This document shows positions 52,230 through 64,000 of a stretch of 64,000 nt of DNA, in pieces (the stretch's first letter is position 1; each line of letters opens with the position of its first letter). The stretch is taken from positions 94,240,001 to 94,304,000 of the forward strand of contig OZ024742.1 of the NCBI GenBank assembly GCA_964016885.1, written 5' to 3'. The translations under genes and the position numbers were made by a program. This DNA is from Eledone cirrhosa. Its lineage: Eukaryota. The notes under the pieces were generated by a model, which saw only the letters and a list, made by a program, of their open reading frames with translations, ran no database searches and was not told the origin of the DNA.

Positions 52230-55200
52230 ATCATCATTATCATCATCATCACCGTTTTACGTCCATTCTTCCACGCTAGCATGGGTTAGACGGGTTGTCC
52301 TGTTGTGGGCAGTGTCCGGTCGGCTGACCTTTTCTTGCTCATACAGAAACTGATTCTGGCTTGATTTCTACAGCTGGATGCCCTTCCTAACACCAACCTC
52401 ATTTACAGTGAGTGCTGGGTGCTTTTTTTTCCATGGTGCCTACATGACCACTTTACAGTGTGGGCTGGGTGCTTTTTTGCTGTGGCACCTCTACGACTAC
52501 TTTGCAGTGGGAGGGGTGGGGGCATATTGTCTATATGCTTCAGCTTCGACTTGTACCCGTGGGAAGTCGGGTCTTCTGTATTACTGCATGAAGCCAGAGG
52601 TCATGGTCCTGTGTCATCGCCTTTGAGAGGTGTAATTGGGTAAGATCGGCTTTTATCACCTCATCCCAGGTTTTCTTGGGTCTCCCCACTCCGCGGCTTC
52701 CATCGACTTCTAGTGCTCTACACCTTTTTATGCAGCTATCATCCTTCATATGCATCACATGTCCATACCAATGCAATTGCTGTTCGTATACAAGCATCAT
52801 ACAGTCTGCCTTTCATTTTGAGGGAAAAGCCTTTTGCAGCTAGCAGTGGCAGTAGCTGCCTGAACTTCTTCCATCCTGTTCTTGCCCTAGTTATTGTACT
52901 TTCTGAACACCCACCTCCGCTGCTAATTCGGTTACCTAGGTAACAGAAGCTGTCTACTGTTTCTACAGAACCCTCCCAGAGTTTGGTGGTGCTTGTTTTC
53001 TTTGGCCGTTTGCTGCTTGCTACATGTGAAGCCTACATTCTTAGTTAATCTTCCTGAGATCCCACTACATCTCTTGTGTACCCATTGTTTGCATTTGAGG
53101 CAGAGGATGGAGTTCCTACCTACACCTTTCCTATATACTGAGCGAGGCCATTTCCCTGAGGAGATCTGGGTTCTGTTTTCTCATCTACTTACGAGGACAT
53201 TAGTCTTTGTCCAGTTAACTTTGAGACCCTTTCTTTCTACTCCCTGCTTCCATGTTTGGAATTTCTTCTCTAGTTCTACCATAGATTCAGCTATAAGTGT
53301 GAGATCATCCGCATATAAATTTCCCATGGGCATCCGGTCTTAAACTCTTACGTTATTGACTGCTAAACTATAATGAACAGGAGAGGGCTAAGAACAGAGC
53401 CCTGGTGGACACCAACCTGTATGCTAAATTCCTCGCTATTCTCATTAATAACACTAACTTTGCTGACTGCTTCCTTATACAAGGCTTGTACAGCTTTCCC
53501 CAGCCATTCATCTACTCCTAGTTTTCTAAGAGCCCACCAGATTATAGCACAGGTGACTCTGTCAAAGGCTTTTTCCAGATCGATGAATGCCAGGAAGAGC
53601 GGCTTACTTTTAGCTAGGTACCCAAATTGCAACTCATCTAGTTTTACCCAGTCCCCAATCAGCTGTTCTATAACTCTTTCCAATACTTTCATGACTTTAT
53701 CCATCAGCTTTATTCCTCTATAGTTTCCTCTATCTAGTGCATCACCTTTACCCTTTAGCAGTTGATTATGAGGCTGCTGCACCAATCCTTTGGCATGACA
53801 CCCTTTAGTATTACCTGGTGAACAATAGATGTGGTTATGGTGTGACCTAACAACCCCGATGCCTTCAGCATCTCGGCATCTATACCCGGTGGGTAGGTTG
53901 CTTTGCCTGTCTTCATATCTTTGATTGCCTTACTTACTACGCTGCTGCTGACTTGTACAGCTGGCCCCTCTATAGGATCCACTTGGGTTAGGGTCTCTTT
54001 TTCCCATGCATTCTCCTCATTTAGTAATCTTTCATAATGGCTCTTCCACGCATCTTTCTTTTCAGCACTTGTGAGGACAAGCTCACCTTTATCATTCCGG
54101 ATACGCTTCTCTCCAATGACATCACAATTCTCTCTGAAACACTGCCTCGCAATCTTGAACTCCTCCTGTTTCTGGTCCTCACATTGCAAAACATGCCTGA
54201 ATTTTCTATCCTCTGCTTCCTTTCTAGCTAAGTATACTTGTTGCCTAGCTTCCCTCCTGGTCTCTATGTAATGTATCCTCCTTCCCCCATTCTTCCATTC
54301 TTTCCATGCCTGTCTTTTACCCTTAACTGCCTCATCTACCTTATTGTTCCACCACCAAGTCACTCTTCTCCTCTCTGTGGTCTTTCTCCAACCACAGATC
54401 TGGTCCGTCGCCTTTAGTAAGTTATGTTTTAGGAACTCCCAGTGCTCTTCTACATTGAATGTCTCTATCTGATCTTCTTTACTGTCATAGGAGTCGAGTA
54501 TAATATCTTTAAATCTGTTACTGGCTGAGGGGTCTTTCAGCTTCCAGATCTTTCTTCTCCAGGTTGCCTTCTGTTACCAAGTTCATCTAGTTCTGACAGT
54601 GAGGTTGCTGACAACTAAGCTATGTTGGGAAGTACATTCCTCACCAGAGAAGGCTTTTGTGTTTACAGCCGTCCATCTATCTCATCCTCTGATGAGATAG
54701 ATAGACTCTGACTAGAATGCTCCCCTGATCTATAGGTGATCAGATGGTTGTTGGGTTTTTTGAAGTTTGTGTTACATATCGACATATCATTGGTGTCACA
54801 GAATTCTAGAAGCCTTCATTTCTTGTGCCAAACCCATGGCCTCCATGTACTCTATAGAAGCTGTCCTGGTGTTTACCACGTGTCAGTTAAAATATCCTGC
54901 AATGATTAGGAAGTCATTGTCGTTTATTAGGGCAGTAGTGTGCATTAGGGACTCATAAAACCTATCCTTAAGTTCGTCTGGCAACCCCGTTTGGGATGCA
55001 TAAGCTGATATTATTGTGTCGCAATTGTTTTATTCAGGACTAGTCTGAGTTTAATGATACTTGCATTCACCCTGTTCACTGAGATTACCATATCTACCCA
55101 TTTGTCAGCTAGTAGTATACCTACACCACCCATCCCGTTGTCATTTCCCACCCAGAAAAATTTGTAGCACTGACTTTTGCCTACAAGGACTCTAGCGGAA

Positions 55201-55330
55201 TCTCCTCTCCATCTAATCACTTGCACACAGCATACATCAATTTCCTTTCGCTTTAGCATCTCTACAATTTCTCCTGCTCTTCCTTTCATTGGGCTTACAT
55301 TAATGGTTCCAACTTAGAGTTTGGCGCATT
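52230..55330 (-). mobile_element. Near-full-length RTE LINE (APE endonuclease plus RT), disrupted
   Basis: IDVCCVQ.IRW, GVGILL, SAYA.Q, TWWWN, NYRGIKL, GVHQGSVLSPLLF, YADD, a PHD-like finger and a (GAT)n tail. Confidence 0.93.
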
Positions 55331-55651
55331 TGCCATCATTCATGGGAAAGGGTGAATTTTTGCGGGGGTATGTGTATGCTTCTTGTCTCTGAATTAAAGC
55401 TTTGCATGGGTGCTTGGTAACTCGTGGATTCATATTCATTTATTAATTCGGGATTGCTCCTTTTATCCTCAGGTCATCCATACATAACAGTAAAAGAACT
55501 CAGAGCTAGAAGAAAAGTAGTAGTAATAGTAGTAATGGCAGAGTTTGTTGGGGTTGGTAATGGGTGGGGGACATGTTGCTGAGGTTTGATTGGTCGAATA
55601 GACTATGGTGGTGTGAGGGGGTGGGCGTTAGGGAAATTGTGAGATAGGTAA

Positions 55652-56224
55652 CCATCATGTCCTATAGCATCCCAGGAGAGTTGGGTGAAATAATCAGATA
55701 CAAGTACGCATATTAGACAAGGCGAATACGCTAGGATTTCTAAGATGTTCATCTAGCTTCGTAAACCTCGAAAAGCGAGAGGAAGGGAGGTAATGGGTAA
55801 GGGGATAGATGACTTTTGTAGAGAGAGAGAGACACACAGAGTCATAATAGCCAATGTGGGAAAAACAGCGTAAAAATATATATGCTTTGTGAAGGCAAAC
55901 GAAATGATAAATATCAACAATAATAATGTGAGTGGAACATTTGCAATTGGGGAAGAGCGATACCTGGAAATAATGTGTGGGATATGGTTTGGGAGTTTTA
56001 GTAATCCATTTTAGCCTTTCAGAAATCAAGTGTGTCTGACTTCGTAAAAACCTCGAAATGAATGAAGAATGAATGGAAGAGAGAAGGGAGGCAATGGCTA
56101 AGGGGTAGATGACTTTCATAGAGAGAGAGAGAGTCATAATAGCCATCATGGCTTATAGCATCCCAGGAGATTTGGGTGAAATAATCCGATACAAGTACGC
56201 ATATTAGACAAGGCGAATATGCTA
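55652..56224. repeat. Permuted direct duplication (A-B-x-B-A)
   Basis: Block A at 55652-55731 and 56143-56224; block B at 55757-55853 and 56040-56146. Confidence 0.8.
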
Positions 56225-58559
56225 CAGACATATGTACCTAGGTAGTCTGCTCCTAGCAGAAGCTTGACCAGTTTTCTTAAGGTGTGCTTTTTCTGTGCAT
56301 GAGCACATAGTGGCTCTTAAACCCCAAAAGCTGTTTCAAATGTACATTACAAACAATGCAAATATGTCTTACCGTAAGTGGCACAGTATTGTCTATCTTG
56401 TCTGATTTGAGAGTAATTAAATGCCTTTAGAGACCTACATGTGCCTTTAATACGTTGTTGTGATCATACATGATTCCTAAGAGAATTAAAAGAAATTGAA
56501 GCTTTTTGAATCTGAGATGAAATTTCTGTGTCCAAAATTACATTTCAGGTTAGCATGCTGCCAAGGTATTTAAAGTAATTGACAAAATACTAACCTTTTA
56601 TCTTTCACATACATTTGAAGAATAGTTGGGTCCTGCACTGGTGCAGGTTAGTATATATGTATACACACATGTATGCACACACACACACATATATATATAC
56701 ACACATATACATATATATATGTACATGTATGCATGTGTGTGTACATCAGTATGATATATAAAGAGAATACAAGCTTCTAAGTATGATGTTATTGATAAAA
56801 TCTATCATAGCCCTCTATTGTTGGAATATAAAAAAGCAATGCATAAAGGCCTTACTAGAGTTGAATGTCAAAGAATTTCTTCAGACATGCCAATAAATGG
56901 CGTTCTTCAGATAAATGTAGAAACGTTTTCTGTTTTCTGTTTTCCTCAATTTTTTTGTGGTTTGTTTCTTAATATTTTTCCCCTGAATGTAAAGAATAGT
57001 TTAATAGTAATATGTATAATGGTGATAATAATGATGATGATGCTGGTGGTAATGGCAATGATGATAATGATGTTTATGATAATGGTTGTAGTAGTATTGA
57101 TGTTGGTAGAGATGGTGGGTATGAGGATGTTCTTACTGGTTGCCACAATGATGATGATAGTGGTCATTGTAGTGGTGATCATAATCTTGGATGGTTTCAA
57201 TGTAATATTGGCAGTATTGGTGATGCTTGTGATGAAGAATATGGTAATGATGATGATTATGATAATTAGATAGATGCATATGATTTAGGTTGGTATACAT
57301 GGATGTATATGGTCTTATTAATATTCACTAAACACAACACAACTTCACATATGGCTATATATCTATTTACAAATTCATATTTATAACGCCCCCCCCCCCC
57401 TATATATATATATATAGCTGGGCTTTCAAAATGTATGTTTATTAAACATACCATATATCTTTTTGTCATACCCTCTTTCTTTTTATCTCTCTCTCTCTCA
57501 TACCATCTCTCTCTTTCTCTACAGAATGGAGAACAATCAAGAACGCTCATTGTGGTCTGCTTTGTTTTACATTTCTTTATGCATATTTCTAATAAGTTGT
57601 TGCCTCGTTTTTGAAGACTGAGTTGTGGGAGGAGGCCTCGGAGTAGTGGCAGGGAGGGTTTATCATTTAGTAGTAGTAACTCCTCTTCCCCTCTCTCATT
57701 GAAACGTCTTCTCTTTTCTCCTCGATTGTAAATATATCCCCAGGTCTTCAATTATTGATTTTTATTGAAATCCAATTAACCAGTCCTATTTCTGAATATT
57801 AGTTTAACATGTGTATAAAGTTTAATTAGGATTGGATCACTGGTGTAGGAGCCAACTGGTTATACACACAACACAGATACACAGATACACAGATGCACAT
57901 TCATAAATTGCCATTTATATAGTAGATATGCTGAAAGTAAATTTTAATTATATATAAATATACAGTATATATATGTGTGTGTGTGTGTTTGTGTAAATAT
58001 ATATATATATGTAAGTGTAAATTTACTTTGGCAGCTACATATGTATATTTGCAATGTGCATAGCATCATTATGATATATGTTCATTTTTATGAGACCAAT
58101 ATATACGCAACTTTATATATCTATGTTTAAATGTACCTGTGTGCATAGGTATTTATGTTTACACTCACACTCATATATATAGGTATATGTGTATATGTGT
58201 GTGTGTGTGCGTGCGTGCGCGCGTGTGTGTGTGTATATGAGTGTGAATTAGTGTGTGTGTTGGTGTGTGTATGTGTGTGTTTATGTCTGTATATATGTAT
58301 GTACACATATGTATTCATATTCAAATAGTCATGAGTTGAATGTATGTAAATATTCATTTCTGAAAGTGTTTGCAACACTGTTTTAATGTATACATATGAT
58401 CCTACTTGTATGTATGTATATATATATATGCCTATGTATTTATGTGTATGCATATATAAAATTATGCATATCATCATCATCATTTAATGGATGGTAATAA
58501 TAATGATGATATATACATATGTGTATGATTATGTATATATATATAAATATGTATGTTTG

Positions 58560-58590
<31 letters not shown>

Positions 58591-58621
58591 ATATAAACAC
58601 ACACCTATATATATATATATA

Positions 58622-58667
<46 letters not shown>

Positions 58668-59944
58668 TATATATATGTATATAAATATATATATATATAT
58701 TTAGATGTGACGTGTGTTAATTCCAGTAGTCTTTTACATTACATTTTGGACAGTTACTGAGTGGCAATGTTTTGTTATTTTGTTCATTTATTATATAGTC
58801 TGGTACAAATTTGACAGCAATGAAATAGTTAAGTAATACACTTTATTGTTATTATTTATGTCCGATATTTCTCATTTACTATTGCAAACGCTGGACTCCA
58901 ACAAATCGACAAGCTTCCTTTGTTGTGGTTTATACATTGTCAAGATCTTATAATCAGTGTATTTTGGACATGTGCTAACTGCCAGAGAATAAAGAAATAA
59001 GCGTCAATGCAGCCAAGTTGAGCCAAAGACCCAGACTTGCTTTCCAATGCGTAGGTTGTTTCTGTCACCTCTACTTCACAGCTATACAATTAATTATTGC
59101 AGTTTTTGTTGTTGTTGTTTTTGCATTATCATTAATGTTGGTTTATGTTCAATTCAGTCTTGATCAAACAGACATATATTCAATGTTTTTTCCAATTATG
59201 ACTATCTTTGTTTGTTTTTTGTTATTTTTTCAGACACTGTGTTGACGACTACATTATGTCCTTTGTTTTTCTAAGTTAGTGGGGTGTGATTTCAGAGAAA
59301 TTTCACTGCTATTTCTAACAAGTTATGTAAAAATATTAAGGGACTATCATAGTCTATGTGTGTGTGAAATGTATCCCAGTTTCCAAGTGTAAAAACATCT
59401 GACATGAAGATCAATATCATCTAAGTTAGCATTAATTTCATGTTTCAAATAATTTAACCTAATGATCCTATTTTGTGGAAAAAGTATACCTTATATTTGT
59501 GTGTTGTGAGAGCTGACTAAATCTTCACATGTTCTCACAGACTGGTGATATTAATGAGAGTCCAATGTGCAGCCTGAACTTCATTTATGGCCAGGCTTGG
59601 ATTTAGACCTTGAGTGGCCTGGGACTCACAAAAAATTAGAAGACACTGCAAACACCCCAATTTTACATAACAAAGTTGTATTGGCACAACTAATTGGAAC
59701 TGAAAAGTAATACATACAGTTATTGGATTTAAAAAATCTACCTCTCCTAAAACTAAAAAGCCCAGCTGAGACCACAAATAAATTGCAATGGCCAATGTTT
59801 TTAGGACAAACATGCGAAATTGCTATGGCACGATTATAGTCAGAATACTTACTAAGCATTATGGATGTAAAACAGAAGATACATAAATTAAATATTGATT
59901 TAGTTTAATTCAATTAAATTCAGTTAAATATCTACTGACTGTAC

Positions 59945-60110
59945 TGCTTTCTGGAAATCATCTCCAAGAAGATTATGCTGAGTTTATAAAACTCTCCCTT
60001 TTCTATCTTAGTGGTTGGTCATCTTTCCAAGTTCTCCTTCTCAGTCTCAGGAGTTTACCACCAGGCTTATTGAATGGCTAAGGCCATATATGTAATCAAG
60101 ATAGTTGTTC
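59945..60110 (+). pseudogene. hAT-related (hATm-like) transposase fragment
   Basis: QEDYAEFIKLSLFYL, then after a frameshift GVYHQAY*MAKAIYVIKI, resembling the RDDY...PGAxHxARWMAKAIY motif. Family assignment is from memory. Confidence 0.5.
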
Positions 60111-61013
60111 AAAGCTTGCACCATGTGATTCAAGAGATTTAGAAAAAGTCATTTCTGGTAATAAATTGCATTCATAAAAAGTGTTTCTCTCTTCAATCCC
60201 AATATTATTTAGAACATATTCCTCCTGATTATTTTCATTTGATTGCATTTTGTCATTAGATTTCCTCATTGGATCCAGTAAAGTGAACAGAAGGACAATA
60301 TACCTCAGGCCAGGTCCAAAAAGAGTTAGTAATAAAAAGATGTTAAAGTGTGCAACACCCAAATATTATTCGATTGAGCTGTAATTCAGCATACTTTGTT
60401 ATTTTATCAACTTGAATGCAAGAGAATCGACAGAAAATGATTGGCCAATAGCTTGCTAATAGAGATATATATGGACATATGAACAAAGATATATATACAC
60501 ATTTTTATACATAAACACATCGTATGGCCTTTCATATATATTATTTTTATGTATAATAAACACCCATTTAGTCTTGCTGTGGGTATTTTAAGCTATGATC
60601 ATGTCGTAGCTACTTCTGTGCTTACCCCAATTATGAGGTAGCTATAATATTAATCGAACTTACAGTATTCATAGTGAGACTAAACATAATATCATACAAT
60701 AACATATTGTATATGAATCCATATTGACCATTATTCTATGGTTAACCAACTATAAGCCTGTTCTAGCTTGCACTATATATAATTAATCTTTCAACAAGAA
60801 TAGTTGGTTTACAAAATCTATATCTTTACAGAGTACTAATGAGCAGTCATGACTGTAAAATATATGTTCACTACTGCTACCCCAAAGCTAATGTAGCTGT
60901 AATATTATCAAAGCTTAAAATTCTCAGAGCAAAGATAAATGTATGCTTACTGTACATAAACACTGCTTTTGTTTTAGAATTACAATGTTTTTATTATCAT
61001 ATAACAGATTAAA

Positions 61014-62835
61014 TCATCATCATCATCATCACCGTTTTATGTCCGTTCTTCTACGCTAGCATGGGTTAGACGGGTTGTCCTGTTGTGGGCAGTGTCCTGT
61101 CGGCTGACCTTGTCTTGCTCATATGGGAACTGATTCTGGCTTGATTTCTACAGCTAGATGCTCTTCCTAACACCAACCTCATTTACAGTGAGTGCTGGGT
61201 GCTTTTCTTCCGTGGCACCTACATGTCAACTTTATAGTGTGGGCTGGGTGCTTTTTTGCCGTGGCACTTCCATGACCATTTGCAGTGGGAGGGTGTGGGG
61301 GCATATTGTCTATATGCTTCAGCTTCGGCTTGTACCCGTGGGGGGGTTGGGTCTTCTGTATTACTGCATGATGTCAGAGGTCAGGGTCTTGTCTCATCGC
61401 CTTTGAGAGGTGTTTTATCACCTCATCCCAGGTCTTCTTGGGTCTCCTAACTCCGCAGTTTCCAACGACTTCTAGTTCTCTGCACCTTTTTATGCAGCTG
61501 TCATCCTTCATACGCATCACATATCTATACCAACACAACAGCCTCTCCTGCACACAGCATTTGATTCCTCTTATGCTCAGTCTCTCTCTCAATTCATTTA
61601 TGCTTTGCCATTCGTGTATATTACTATTACACAACCATCGGAGCATGCAGGCTTCGTTTCTTTCTAATCTAGGCAAGTCTTCCACAGTCAGCGCCCAGGT
61701 CTCACTACTATGTAACATTGCTGTTTGTATACATGCATCATACAGTCTGCCTATCATTTTGAGGGAAAAGTCTTTTGCAGCTAGCAGTGGCTGTAGCTCC
61801 CTGAACTTCTTCCATCCCATTCTTACCCTAGTTATTGTACTTTCCGAACACCCACCTCCGCTGCTAATTCGGTCACCTAGGTAGCAGAAGCTGTCTACTG
61901 TTTCTACAGAGCCCTCCCAGAGATTGGTGGTACTTGTTTCCTGTGGCTGTTTGCTGCTTGCTGTCCCAGTACAGCTGCTGCATGTGAAGCCTACATTCTT
62001 AATTAAGCTTCCTGAGATCCCGCTACATCTCTTGTGTACCCATTGTTTGCATTTGGGGCAGAGAATGGAGTTCCTACCTACACCTTTCCTACATATTGAG
62101 CAAGGCCATTTCCCTGAGGGAATCTGGGTTCTGTTTTCTCATCTACTTACAAGGATCTTAGTCTTTGTCAGGTTGACTTTGAGACCCCTTCTTTCTAGTC
62201 CCTGCTTCCAAGTTTGGAATTTCTACTCTAGTTCTACCATAGATTCAGCTATAAGTGCGAGGTCATCTGCATACAGGAGTTCCCATGGGCATCCGGTCTT
62301 AAACTCCTCCGTTATTGCCTGCAGGACTATGATGAACAGGAGAGGGCTAAGAACAGAGCCCTGGTGGACCCCAACCTGTACGCTAAATTCCTCGCTATAC
62401 TCATTGCTAATCCTAACTTTGCTGACTACTCCCCTATACTAGGCTTGTACAGCTTTCCCCAGCCATTCATCTACTCCTAGTTTTCTAAGAGCCCACCAGA
62501 TTATAGCACGGGGAACTCTGTCAAAGGCTTTCTCGAGATTGACGAATGCCAGGTAGAGTGGCTTACTTTTAGCTAGGTACTTTTCCTGTAAATGCCTCAC
62601 AAGGAAGATGGCATCAGTGGTGCCTCTTCCTTGCGCAAACCCAAATTGCATCTCATCTAGTTTCACCCGGTCCCTAATCAACTGTGCTATAACTCTTTCT
62701 GTTACTTTCATGACCTGGTCCATCAGCTTTATACCTCTATAGTTTCCTCTATTTAGTGCATCACCTTTAACTTTGTAGCAGTTGACAATGATGCTGCTGC
62801 ACCAATCCTTTAGTATGACACCTTCTAGTATTAAC
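61014..62835 (-). mobile_element. 5'-truncated RTE LINE (same subfamily as 52230-55330)
   Basis: NYRGIKL, AFVNLEKAFDRVP, ELLYADDL, PHD-like finger and a near-identical 3' UTR. Confidence 0.93.
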
Positions 62836-62929
62836 CAATCCTTTGGTAAGTACATACATATAATCAATTAATTATTGCTAGAGACCTTATAAAAATTATA
62901 CACAAAAATATATGATCGAAGCAAAAAAA

Positions 62930-63037
62930 ATACAACTACAGAACACATCAATTTAACCCTAAGTCATCCATCTGACACACACCACAAGGGTCATCAGGAC
63001 GTTTTGATGCAGACCAACATGCTCGCAGCATTACCAC
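62930..63037 (-). mobile_element. CRE-like 3' end
   Basis: GNAASML codons followed by the ATGACCCTTGTGGTGTGTG UTR, as at 2090-2190. Confidence 0.55.
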
Positions 63038-63044
63038 AACGTTA

Positions 63045-63300
63045 CAGCCTGTGGCATTCAAGATGCTTGGGGAAGCTGGGGTGCTGACAGCAAAGTTCTT
63101 GCCATCGTTAGTGGCTTGCCTTACCAAGGTGTCATGTGAGGCCTATGAGAGAGCTTAGTTGTTTCAGTGCCTTTGCCTCCTCATCACCTGTGGTAATACT
63201 GTGAGCGTTTTGGCTTAACTCAAACATTTCCAATGACCTTTGTGGTATGTGTGTGACCGGTTAACGTACTTAGTGTTGAATTTATGTTGATATATGTATT
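63045..63300 (+). mobile_element. CRE-like 3' end
   Basis: PVAFKMLG...LFQCLCLLITCGNTVSVL; homologous to 1945-2190. Confidence 0.6.
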
Positions 63301-63593
63301 TTTTCCATAAACATATTGAAGAACAATACGGATTCATATGCGGCTTTATTCTGAATAATGCTATGTTAGTGCTTTCACTAATTAACAAAGGAAAGAGAGG
63401 AATGTCAGCACTTCAATTTGTCTGCAACTTCAATATCTTCAAGGTATTTATCCATTGATAAATACCACTAAAGGTTAAAAGTTTAAATAATTGACTTTTT
63501 AATCAACAGCTGAATCATATAACTAAATAAAACACATGCTGATTTCTGTGTTTGTGTCAATGGGTAAATATTCATGTGTGTTGTTATTTGTGT

Positions 63594-63671
<78 letters not shown>

Positions 63672-63770
63672 GTGTGTGTGTGTTGTCATTCCTGTTAATG
63701 TGTTTGTGTCTCTCTCTCTATAAATATACTTGTGTGTGTTGTCATTTCTATCGATGCATATGTGTTTCTA

Positions 63771-63805
<35 letters not shown>

Positions 63806-64000
63806 GTGTGTGTGTGAGAAAGAGAGAGAGAGAGAGAGTTTTGTAACTTTCTTTGCTTGCTACTCCAAAGTTTCACCAGCAGAGAACAACAGCTGGTCTC
63901 TAACAAAAGAACAAAATTCTTTGACACCAATCAGTTTGGTTGAGTCATACAAAATATTTATTGGCAGTTTCTGGCTGTCTTAACTCTTAAACTAATGAGC

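Noticed and set aside
60096-60362. Host exon from the 88-aa minus-strand ORF
   Set aside because: No recognisable domain or convincing splice sites; it adjoins a transposase remnant.

Overview
AT-rich eukaryotic non-coding DNA dominated by microsatellites and decayed transposons. The repeat make-up (RTE and Dong/R4 LINEs, tRNA-headed SINEs, Penelope-like elements, very dense TA/CA/ATC/AAT tracts) suggests an octopus or other coleoid genome; this is inference. No host protein-coding exon can be supported, and most ORF-track entries are microsatellite artefacts. Identifiable elements: a Dong/R4-type RT+REL LINE, seven or more RTE-clade LINE pieces from at least two lineages, two Penelope-like elements, CRE-like 3' ends, a piggyBac remnant, a mariner split by a hAT/Buster element with intact 8-bp TSDs, a non-autonomous Helitron and several SINE families. 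The most striking signal is a set of type I hammerhead ribozyme motifs: seven copies from five sequence families. Five of them lie at 16.3-19.9 kb, where two inverted duplications are nested head-to-head around a ~860-bp near-perfect palindrome and every ribozyme reads outward. One motif (19733-19776) has an intact core and sits in an extended self-complementary fold.
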